IMG/VR virus record: IMGVR_UViG_3300009285_000025
DNA: 41,874 nucleotides
Origin: a virus
Direction: 5' to 3' (one strand)
Position 1 is the stretch's first letter. Each line of letters begins with the position of its first letter. The notes under the pieces are model-generated. The model was not told the DNA's origin. It saw nothing but the letters and a program-made list of their open reading frames with translations, and ran no database searches. Position numbers and translations under genes: made by a program. This document shows, piece after piece, positions 34,985 through 41,758 of the stretch.

Positions 34985-35267
34985 ATGTAAAGAGTGTAAT
35001 CAACTGATACCCCTATCTTATGCACAGAATGTTGCAGATAAATTAGAAAGTTTAGAAATAGCATTACACAGCAAGTTTGCGTCTCCTATACAATATATGG
35101 TTGTTGATGATAATGTTTATAAGCGGCTTTATAGGGATATAATTACTACAGGTGCTGATAACGTTTATGAATGCACTGTCCCTGCTGATTACGTTTTACG
35201 CTTGCGAGGCGCTGTTATATACTCAGATAAAATGTGGGATAGTTTAAGAGGGGGGATAAAAAGATGA
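34974..35267 (+). CDS. Hypothetical 97-aa protein.
   Basis: ORF track, with GGGGAGG upstream. It has an N-terminal CKEC. Confidence 0.55.
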   Translation: MGIKCKECNQLIPLSYAQNVADKLESLEIALHSKFASPIQYMVVDDNVYKRLYRDIITTGADNVYECTVPADYVLRLRGAVIYSDKMWDSLRGGIKR

Positions 35268-35434
35268 GTGGGAAATGTAAATCTCATAAATTTGCACTAC
35301 AGAGTAAATTGTTAATAAATGGTATAAAAATACCTTATTCCGAGAAGTGCGTAGAATGTGAAGAGAATATAGATATTGAGGTTAAATTATTGTGTAATGA
35401 TATGGTGCAAATTAAATGTGCTTACTCTATTTAA
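35264..35434 (+). CDS. 56-aa Cys-containing small protein (not in the ORF track).
   Basis: The start forms an ATGA overlap with the upstream stop. It translates MSGKCKSHKFALQSKLLINGIKIPYSEKCVECEENIDIEVKLLCNDMVQIKCAYSI. Confidence 0.4.
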   Translation: MSGKCKSHKFALQSKLLINGIKIPYSEKCVECEENIDIEVKLLCNDMVQIKCAYSI

Positions 35435-35443
35435 AGGTGAAAG

Positions 35444-35833
35444 ATGAAGATTAAATTTACAGTCGAGGGTCGCAATCCCGTTGGAATGTCCCGACCTCGC
35501 AAAGGTAAGTATGGGGATATATATATGCCGAGAGAGACACAGAATTATGAGAAGGTTATCGGCATATATTTTATGACAGCGGAGGGCTTCAGAGAATTAT
35601 TCCATAGAGTCAAAGGTATTAAGTCCCCTTTTATACGAATAGATATGCAGTGTTATTTTGATAGCAATATATACGCTGATACAGGGAATTGCTGGTCGCT
35701 ATTGGCAGATGCAATTTATAAGACATTAGGGTTGCCTCAAAATGTAGGAGATAAGAATTTTTACGGCACAATTCATAAGCCAGAGATAGATAAACAAAAT
35801 CCACGATTGGTTGTAGAGGTGATTATAGATTAG
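35444..35833 (+). CDS. Divergent RusA-like protein (129 aa), possibly catalytically degenerate.
   Basis: It shares the MKI(K/R)F(T/S) start and the general layout with the RusA at 37152. Where D-x-D-N is expected it reads ADTGNCWSLLADAIYK, and it lacks the DD pair. Confidence 0.3.
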   Translation: MKIKFTVEGRNPVGMSRPRKGKYGDIYMPRETQNYEKVIGIYFMTAEGFRELFHRVKGIKSPFIRIDMQCYFDSNIYADTGNCWSLLADAIYKTLGLPQNVGDKNFYGTIHKPEIDKQNPRLVVEVIID

Positions 35834-35856
35834 AAAGGAAGGGGGTGATATAGATT

Positions 35857-35943
35857 ATGTCATTTGTTGTATGTGCGATGATTGGGTTTTTTGTAGGATT
35901 TGTTGTTGGATTAACTATTTCTAAAAATAAGAAAGGAGCATAA
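35857..35943 (+). CDS. 28-aa membrane peptide (not in the ORF track).
   Basis: The ATG follows GAAAGGAAGGGGG. It translates MSFVVCAMIGFFVGFVVGLTISKNKKGA and lies immediately upstream of the SPFH gene. Confidence 0.35.
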   Translation: MSFVVCAMIGFFVGFVVGLTISKNKKGA

Positions 35944-35944
35944 T

Positions 35945-36868
35945 ATGATGTATTTTGTATGGCTACTAATAGCGGTTATACTATACTTTATAATTAAATT
36001 TACGATAGTGAGAATAGTAGAGGCGGGTGGCGGAATCAAGGCAAACAGATTGCTCATTACTAATATATCTCTGCTGGTATCTATAGCGATAATTATTGTT
36101 GCAACAATTAGTTTCTCGCTCTACCAAATACCTGCAGGACATATCGGAGTAGTGTATGAGTTTGGCTCAATTAAGGGGCAAATCACAGAAGGACTTCAAT
36201 TCATTCTGCCTTATAGAAAAGTCGTAATAGCTAATATACAGGTGCAAAGGCACGTGTTTGGGAGATTAGAATCGTTTAGCATAGAAACACAAACCGTGCT
36301 TGTAATGGCATCTCTTAATGTTAAGGTTAGCCCTGAGACAATTCAGGAGCTTTACAGAACTGTAGGGGTTAAATGGTTTGAGACATTAGTAGAGCCGAGA
36401 GTATCACAAAACTTTAAGGATGAAATAGTTAAGTATAAAAGTGTCGATATAGCCCCCAATAGAGAGGCAATTCGGCACACAGTTAGCGAGAAGTTGAAGG
36501 GCGAACTATCATCGTATTCCATAACTGTTGTTGACTTATTGCTTGACAACATAGATTTCTCTAACGCATTTGAAACCTCGATTGAAGCCAAGCAGATTGC
36601 TACACAAAGGGCATTGGAAGAGGAGCAGAAAATCAAAATTGTTAAGAACCAGGCTGACCAAGCCGTTGAGAAAGCAAGGGGGGAGGGAAATGCGATTTTA
36701 TCTATAGCTGAAAAACAAGCTGAAGCTAATAGGAAACTATCTGAATCATTAACACCTGAGCTCGTTCAGTATTCTCTGATACAAAAGTTGGGTGATAAGA
36801 TAGAGGTTATGATATTACCAGCAGGGCAAAATTTTATATTGGATAGTAGTATGCTGAAGAGAAAGTGA
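35945..36868 (+). CDS. SPFH / Band-7 (prohibitin/HflC-like) membrane protein (307 aa).
   Basis: Two N-terminal hydrophobic helices are followed by IPAGHIGVVYEFGSIKGQI, LQFILPY and ITVVDLLLDNIDFSNAFETSIEAKQIATQRALEEEQ. A coiled coil and a C-terminal LIQKLGDKIEVMILPAG complete the protein. Confidence 0.85.
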   Translation: MMYFVWLLIAVILYFIIKFTIVRIVEAGGGIKANRLLITNISLLVSIAIIIVATISFSLYQIPAGHIGVVYEFGSIKGQITEGLQFILPYRKVVIANIQVQRHVFGRLESFSIETQTVLVMASLNVKVSPETIQELYRTVGVKWFETLVEPRVSQNFKDEIVKYKSVDIAPNREAIRHTVSEKLKGELSSYSITVVDLLLDNIDFSNAFETSIEAKQIATQRALEEEQKIKIVKNQADQAVEKARGEGNAILSIAEKQAEANRKLSESLTPELVQYSLIQKLGDKIEVMILPAGQNFILDSSMLKRK

Positions 36869-36876
36869 GGTGAAAG

Positions 36877-37155
36877 ATGTGTAAATGTCCAGTTTGTGAA
36901 TGTAAATATTGTAGTTGTGATGAAGTGTCAATGTGTGAACAATGTAAAGTAGAGATAGCTTCACAACGTAAAGTAGAAGTTGCCTCACAACGTGAAATTC
37001 AGATTTGTATCAAATGCCTTCGGCGAGAGTTACGAACATTGGAAACTTTTGCATTTGTGGACATTGCTGATAATGATTGTAAGGACGATAACCATAAATT
37101 TGTGGCTATTCCTACTTTGATAAACTATAAAGATACAGCAGAGTATAAAAGATGA
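36877..37155 (+). CDS. Cys-rich 92-aa protein.
   Basis: ORF track. It begins MCKCPVCECKYCSCDEVSMCEQC and later has CIKC. Confidence 0.5.
   Translation: MCKCPVCECKYCSCDEVSMCEQCKVEIASQRKVEVASQREIQICIKCLRRELRTLETFAFVDIADNDCKDDNHKFVAIPTLINYKDTAEYKR
36946..36993 (+). repeat. 24-nt in-frame tandem duplication inside the Cys-rich gene.
   Basis: aaagtagagatagcttcacaacgt is followed by aaagtagaagttgcctcacaacgt (20/24 identical), encoding KVEIASQR / KVEVASQR. Confidence 0.8.
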
Positions 37156-37508
37156 AAATTAGATTTAGTATTCCCGTAAAGGCAATCTCTAATAATATAT
37201 TTTATAGCGGAATACACGGGTGGAAGAGGCAGTCGATTGCAGAAAGCTGGAGGCAGATGATAGATTGTATATTGGGTGAACAGAATGACAAAAACCTAAT
37301 TAAGCTGAAATTCCCTGTTGATATTACAATCACTGCCTTTTGTCGAGGTAGAATATTAGATAGTGATAATGTCTGTGCTAAAATTATTATTGATGGTATT
37401 AAAAATAATGGGTGGATAATTCCCGATGATGACATTCGTTATGTTAGAAAAGTAACCACACAAGCAGTTAAATCGCAAGAGGATAGCGTTGAGGTGATTA
37501 TGGGTTGA
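37152..37508 (+). CDS. rusA: RusA-family Holliday junction resolvase (118 aa).
   Basis: ISNNIFY, ILDSDNVCAKIIIDGI and IIPDDDIRYV match the RusA catalytic Asp motifs. The size is typical. Confidence 0.7.
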   Translation: MKIRFSIPVKAISNNIFYSGIHGWKRQSIAESWRQMIDCILGEQNDKNLIKLKFPVDITITAFCRGRILDSDNVCAKIIIDGIKNNGWIIPDDDIRYVRKVTTQAVKSQEDSVEVIMG

Positions 37509-37512
37509 GAGT

Positions 37513-37698
37513 ATGAGCAATCAGATATACACTCAACACGCAAGGGGTAGTGTTCACAAGGGACATAGATGCACCTTAAGATTTGCATATAGGGGTAAGG
37601 CGTGTGTGGATTGTGAATGCGGAGTTAAAAAGATAGTAACTATATTGAGAACTTTAAGAAAGGCAAATGAGGATAGTGTCGAGGTTGAAATAGAATGA
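37513..37698 (+). CDS. Hypothetical 61-aa protein.
   Basis: ORF track. It contains CVDCEC. Confidence 0.4.
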   Translation: MSNQIYTQHARGSVHKGHRCTLRFAYRGKACVDCECGVKKIVTILRTLRKANEDSVEVEIE

Positions 37699-37770
37699 GA
37701 ATATGGACATAGAGAATAAGATACTGTGCGGGTCTGCATTAGAAACTCTCAAGTATTGAAGGAAAATACA

Positions 37771-38367
37771 ATGAATAGACGATATATATATAGCAACGAT
37801 TGGAAGGATAAATGGAACAAGTTAATAATACTGGGCAGGGAAATTGTAGCACGTCTTCTGAAGCAATTCAGAATCCGTTCCTATCGTTGCACCCTGCCCT
37901 TTATTTGTTTCGGAGAAGATAGGAGAATGAGCAAAAATAAAAGAAGGGCTTATTTAATGGGGACATATAAAAAGTTTTTTGATTATGAATGTATGAATCC
38001 TTTATGTAAGAATGGACTAAATCCAGAAGTCCATCATATTACGCCTCTACAGGCAGGTGGTGTGGATGCCGTATGTAATTATATTTTGTTATGTCAAGAT
38101 TGCCACGATATTAAAGGTCTCCATAGTGAGTGGACAAAATGGGAATTTAAGCTAACTTATTGGAAATGCCAAGCCGAAATAAATAAATATGGAAGAGCTT
38201 TAGATACTTTACTTTATGTAAAAGGTGGTATAAAAGATAGTCAAACATTACAACATAGAATAGATGAGTTAAAGCAGGGCATTAACATTGAAATGGATGA
38301 AAATGAAGCCCTTGCCTCCACCTCTATAGGAAATAGGGGCATTATTCGAGGTTTATCGGGGCTGTAG
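37771..38367 (+). CDS. HNH endonuclease (198 aa; the start could also be 37927).
   Basis: It contains CMNPLCKNGLNPEVHHITPLQAGGVDAVCNYILLCQDCHDIKGLH. The ATG at 37771 follows GAAGGAAAA; the track start at 37726 is a GTG. Confidence 0.75.
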   Translation: MNRRYIYSNDWKDKWNKLIILGREIVARLLKQFRIRSYRCTLPFICFGEDRRMSKNKRRAYLMGTYKKFFDYECMNPLCKNGLNPEVHHITPLQAGGVDAVCNYILLCQDCHDIKGLHSEWTKWEFKLTYWKCQAEINKYGRALDTLLYVKGGIKDSQTLQHRIDELKQGINIEMDENEALASTSIGNRGIIRGLSGL

Positions 38368-38435
38368 GGCAATATTATTGACAAGACAATGTAATTAGAT
38401 AGTAAAAGCGTGTAACTTGCCAGAGGGGTATTAAA

Positions 38436-38741
38436 ATGCCCATAGATGAGATAACTGGATTAAATTATCAATTTTCATTTCAACTGGTTGGATTGTCCCA
38501 AATTTGTAGTAATTGTGGTCGATACTTTAAGCGTATACGGGGTAAGCAGAAATTTTGTCAAAAAGGGTGTAGATGGAATTATAATAATAGGAAAGATATA
38601 CGAATGGTAAAAAAAGGCACGAACGGAAGCAGTGAAATTGCGAGAGCAACTGAATGCGTCTTCTGTGCAAAAAAGTTTATAAGTAATAAGCAGACCGATT
38701 TCTGTTCGGAGCTATGCCACGAACTTATAAGCAAACCTTAA
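38436..38741 (+). CDS. Double zinc-ribbon small protein (101 aa).
   Basis: ORF track. CSNCGRYF...FCQKGC and CVFCAKKF...FCSELCHE form two similar modules. Confidence 0.5.
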   Translation: MPIDEITGLNYQFSFQLVGLSQICSNCGRYFKRIRGKQKFCQKGCRWNYNNRKDIRMVKKGTNGSSEIARATECVFCAKKFISNKQTDFCSELCHELISKP

Positions 38742-38768
38742 AAATTAGGGCAACTGTGGGATTTCTTC

Positions 38769-39425
38769 CTATGATGCAATGAGTTGAGGTCTGCTTTTAA
38801 TAACTTCCTTTATTCTTTGTAATGCTTTTATGTGTAGTTGGCATATTCTCGATTCGGACAACTGTAACATAACCCCTATTTTTTTAAGCGTATGGGATTG
38901 AATATAACGAAGCTCGATTATCTGCCCCTCTCGTTTTGGTAGATATTTGCACATATAATCTATCAACTCCGAAGGGAAGTAATCATCTTTGACTGACGGC
39001 TCTGTCGTATAGCCCTGACGGTCATCATTATTGATATTACGAGAGAAATATAATTGCTCTCTTGTTATACTTACTTTACGCATTATCGTATCATCACTTG
39101 GCAAGCGATTATGCTCTAATGTATATCCTTGAGAAAATGTATCTATCCGTTTTTGCGTATTAAATACATTTCTACTTTTTAGTAATCGTCTTAAGTAATC
39201 ATAAATCGCACCTCGTATCCGTATCCTTGCATATATGCCAAACTTTACATTTCTTGCTGTATCGAACTTATCAATAGCGTCAAGTAATCCCTTACTGCCC
39301 TCTTGTATAAGGTCATCTATCTGCACAGATTGGGGGACGGCTTTAGCAAAATGCGTTGCTTCATTTATCACAAGCGGTAGGTATTCTTTGACTATTGTAT
39401 CATGCTTCAAGATACTGCATTTCAT
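38769..39425 (-). CDS. FliA/sigma-28-like (group 3) sigma-70 family sigma factor (218 aa).
   Basis: Region 2 reads EYLPLV...IDDLIQEGSKGLLDAIDKFD...FGIYARIRIRGAIYDYLRR. Region 4 reads LPKREGQIIELRYIQSHTLKKIGVMLQLSESRICQLHIKALQRIK. Confidence 0.85.
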   Translation of the reverse strand: MKCSILKHDTIVKEYLPLVINEATHFAKAVPQSVQIDDLIQEGSKGLLDAIDKFDTARNVKFGIYARIRIRGAIYDYLRRLLKSRNVFNTQKRIDTFSQGYTLEHNRLPSDDTIMRKVSITREQLYFSRNINNDDRQGYTTEPSVKDDYFPSELIDYMCKYLPKREGQIIELRYIQSHTLKKIGVMLQLSESRICQLHIKALQRIKEVIKSRPQLIAS

Positions 39426-39436
39426 TCTGGGGGGAT

Positions 39437-39466
39437 ACTTTAAGTTAATTCAGAAAGGGCTGTCAA
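39437..39466 (-). promoter_or_regulatory. Sigma-70-type promoter candidate for the sigma gene, implying a near-leaderless mRNA.
   Basis: The minus strand reads TTGACA, an 18-nt spacer, TAAAGT, then 11 nt (ATCCCCCCAGA) to the ATG. No SD is present. Confidence 0.35.
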
Positions 39467-39524
39467 GGATTATTTATAAATAATATTAAAGATTTTACTT
39501 GACTTCTGACGATAGGGTATATTA

Positions 39525-39621
39525 GGTATCCAGCTATTAAGCGAAAATAAAAGGTTGGTGAATATCCGACCTAATATTTAAGTCCTCACAATCTTTAGCT
39601 GGATACCGTGAGGACTTTTTT
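39525..39621 (+). promoter_or_regulatory. Leader RNA element E3, with the same interleaved A-B-A'-B'-U-tract architecture as E1 and E2.
   Basis: A 39525..39536 (ggtatccagcta) pairs perfectly with A' 39596..39607 (tagctggatacc). B 39580..39589 (aagtcctcac) pairs with B' 39608..39617 (gtgaggactt). A T6 run lies at 39616..39621. There is an inner hairpin at 39552..39572. Confidence 0.6.
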
Positions 39622-39630
39622 ATTTGCATA

Positions 39631-39984
39631 ATGAATAAAAGTTACAGAGAGAATTATTTAATATCAAATCATTGGAAAGAAACAAAGAATAAATTTAGAC
39701 AATCTAAATTGTATAAAGGAAAATGCAGTATCTGCTATCGTTTAGTAAAAATAGATATTCATCATCTAACATATAAGAGAATTAGTAAGGAATATTTAAG
39801 CGATTTAATGGCAGTATGTAGAGAATGCCATAATCTAATACATAATCTACCTATAAATCAATCCATACGAGAAAAAACAAAACGAATAAAAAAAAGGATA
39901 AAGAAATGGATTAGACGAACTTACTGGGATAAAGGTAGAAAATGTCCCCAATACTATGAATTACCCAACTTAAGCTCTGGCTAA
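39631..39984 (+). CDS. HNH-like endonuclease (117 aa).
   Basis: CSICYRLVKIDIHHLTYKR...AVCRECHNLIHN gives a CxxC...HH...CxxCH pattern. There is no SD upstream. Confidence 0.6.
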   Translation: MNKSYRENYLISNHWKETKNKFRQSKLYKGKCSICYRLVKIDIHHLTYKRISKEYLSDLMAVCRECHNLIHNLPINQSIREKTKRIKKRIKKWIRRTYWDKGRKCPQYYELPNLSSG

Positions 39985-40011
39985 CGCTGATTAAGAGAAA
40001 GGAGTTAATCA

Positions 40012-40491
40012 ATGAATAAACATAATTTAGTATCAAGAGATAAATTACAACACTATAAGATATATAATCGCAGACATCCCCAATTAGCAGAACTTGAAAT
40101 GCTAAAGATTATTATGTATGATTTAGGAATAGTTCCAATCTATCAATCTATTATAGGTTCTATAATACCTGATATACTAATAAAAACGAAAGGTAAGTCA
40201 AAGTGTAATTTATATATTCAAGTAGATGGTGAATATCATAATTGCAGAGAGCAAATGCAAAAGGATATTCGGCAAGACGCATACATTCACAGTAAGGGGC
40301 ATTTAGTATTAAGATTTACCAATAATGATGTTTTTAATAATAAGCAATATGTAATAAAGCAAATCGAAAGTTACTTAAAAATGTTCCCTAAAATACATCC
40401 ACAGAGATTTCATTCACCGCAAAGTAGAGAGCGTTTTATAAAAAATATACTTGGAATTAAAAAGGAATATCAAGAGCTATTATTAAAATAA
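40012..40491 (+). CDS. DUF559 / Vsr-like PD-(D/E)xK endonuclease domain protein (159 aa).
   Basis: IPDILIKTKGKSKCNLYIQVDGEYHNCREQMQKDIRQDAYIHSKGHLVLRFTNNDVF fits the DUF559 pattern. AAAGGAG lies upstream. Confidence 0.6.
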   Translation: MNKHNLVSRDKLQHYKIYNRRHPQLAELEMLKIIMYDLGIVPIYQSIIGSIIPDILIKTKGKSKCNLYIQVDGEYHNCREQMQKDIRQDAYIHSKGHLVLRFTNNDVFNNKQYVIKQIESYLKMFPKIHPQRFHSPQSRERFIKNILGIKKEYQELLLK

Positions 40492-40492
40492 A

Positions 40493-40524
40493 AACTCTCA
40501 CCAATCGTGAGATTAGTGAGAGTT
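40493..40524 (-). terminator. Terminator at the end of the late (minus-strand) transcription unit.
   Basis: A 9-bp stem AACTCTCAC/GTGAGAGTT is followed on the minus strand by TTTTTATTTTAAT. A duplicated GTGAGA arm offers an alternative shorter stem. Confidence 0.55.
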
Positions 40525-40543
40525 ACCTTGAGAAGAGGGTTTA

Positions 40544-41029
40544 TTAAGAGTTAGGTTTAGTTATCATCTTCTTCACAAACTCAAATCCATAAACTAATAG
40601 ATGTCGCCACAACGCTTTAGTTCCCCAATCGGTCATAACAACTGCTCCGACATTTTTACCTATATCGGTTGTTGTCTCTAACGGAACGCCCATCAAATTA
40701 GTTACCACTCCAGCAAGTCCGCCCCAAGCAATGTCCGCCCCTACTTTCTTATAGTCCAATTTAGGTGTTCGTCCATCTGCCTCTTTATTCTTTGCCCAGC
40801 CGAGTAGCCCCGTCCCTAATCCAGTTAAAGCACCTATGCCTAATTGAATTAAAAACGAAGTCCCGCCTGTCGCCACACCTGTTGCGATTGTAGTTCCTAC
40901 TTCTCCCGGTGAACCACCCACCGCTCCAGATATGCCTTCGATTACACTTTCTACTACCTTACACCCCGCAATAAATGATAGCGGTATCAACATCATCATC
41001 CATAACTTAATCTTCATAATCTTTCTCAC
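40544..41029 (-). CDS. Lipoprotein with Gly-zipper-like hydrophobic segments (161 aa).
   Basis: It has a signal peptide plus lipobox (LIPLSFIAGC). Gly-rich stretches read GISGAVGGSPGEVGTTIATGVATGG and IGALTGLGTGLLGW. It is the last gene of the late unit. Confidence 0.6.
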   Translation of the reverse strand: MRKIMKIKLWMMMLIPLSFIAGCKVVESVIEGISGAVGGSPGEVGTTIATGVATGGTSFLIQLGIGALTGLGTGLLGWAKNKEADGRTPKLDYKKVGADIAWGGLAGVVTNLMGVPLETTTDIGKNVGAVVMTDWGTKALWRHLLVYGFEFVKKMITKPNS

Positions 41030-41039
41030 CTCACTTTCT

Positions 41040-41273
41040 TTAATTTAATTTTGTATATGTAATATTATTCTCGACAACCCTATCTCGTTTTGCCTGTGGA
41101 GTTACCTCTAACACCTCACCGCATAAACATATTATAGATTTAAGTCGGTGAGTTATAACTTCCTTATGTGTTACCATATCCTCTGGTGTAAATATCGTCT
41201 CATCCTCATATCTAAAAAAGCTATGTTCGTGTTTGGGTTGCTGTGGCTCTTCACTGATATGTATGTGTATCAT
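41040..41273 (-). CDS. Hypothetical 77-aa protein (from MIHIHISEE).
   Basis: The track frame was trimmed from the GTG at 41357 to the ATG at 41273. The upstream part overlaps a more convincing Cys-rich ORF in another frame. Confidence 0.4.
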   Translation of the reverse strand: MIHIHISEEPQQPKHEHSFFRYEDETIFTPEDMVTHKEVITHRLKSIICLCGEVLEVTPQAKRDRVVENNITYTKLN

Positions 41274-41274
41274 A

Positions 41275-41418
41275 TTATTCGTTTTCTGTAAAAATAATTT
41301 CTGCCTCACATTTTTCGTTACGACAGATAATATTACATTCAGGGCAATTATACTCACTACAGATAGGGCATTTCTGTAATACTATTGCCTTACATTTTAC
41401 GCACTTTATATCTGACAT
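41275..41418 (-). CDS. 47-aa protein with four Cys pairs (not in the ORF track).
   Basis: It translates MSDIKCVKCKAIVLQKCPICSEYNCPECNIICRNEKCEAEIIFTENE. The stop lies 1 nt before the next ATG. There is no clear SD. Confidence 0.4.
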   Translation of the reverse strand: MSDIKCVKCKAIVLQKCPICSEYNCPECNIICRNEKCEAEIIFTENE

Positions 41419-41528
41419 ATCAAATTTTGTAAATGGCAATCATACCTATCAATAATTGCCATAGAGAAATTGTGTTATTACAATCGATAGAAAAGAACAT
41501 AGATAGGTTTTTCATATTCTATTTATTC

Positions 41529-41741
41529 CTATTTCCCTAATCCGTCCATTTTTGTTTCTATCTTATCAAGGCGCCGTATAACTTCTCTGTAGCTATATTC
41601 CTGTGATGTCTCGATTTTCGCTAATCGCTCTGCGTGTGCATTGGCAAATCCCTGCAATGTCCATAGCCAGCTTAATATTATCCCACCGATAATTACAGTT
41701 ACAGCATAATAAACCCATTTATCTTTTAATGTCTCAATCAT
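41529..41741 (-). CDS. 70-aa single-pass membrane protein with a coiled-coil tail; holin-like candidate.
   Basis: ORF track. It has the TM segment VYYAVTVIIGGIILSWLWTL. Confidence 0.5.
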   Translation of the reverse strand: MIETLKDKWVYYAVTVIIGGIILSWLWTLQGFANAHAERLAKIETSQEYSYREVIRRLDKIETKMDGLGK

Positions 41742-41758
41742 CCTTACTATCCTTCATT

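Noticed and set aside
25051-37739. Minus-strand track ORFs antisense to plus-strand genes (for example 25051..25281, 29615..29962, 30923..31363, 32179..32553, 36352..36636, 37202..37435).
   Set aside because: The same reasoning applies. They are shadow ORFs inside well-supported plus-strand genes.
38378-38405. Internal promoter TTGACA-16-TAGTAA upstream of 38436.
   Set aside because: The -35 box is perfect, but the -10 matches only 3 of 6 positions. This is too weak to list as a feature.
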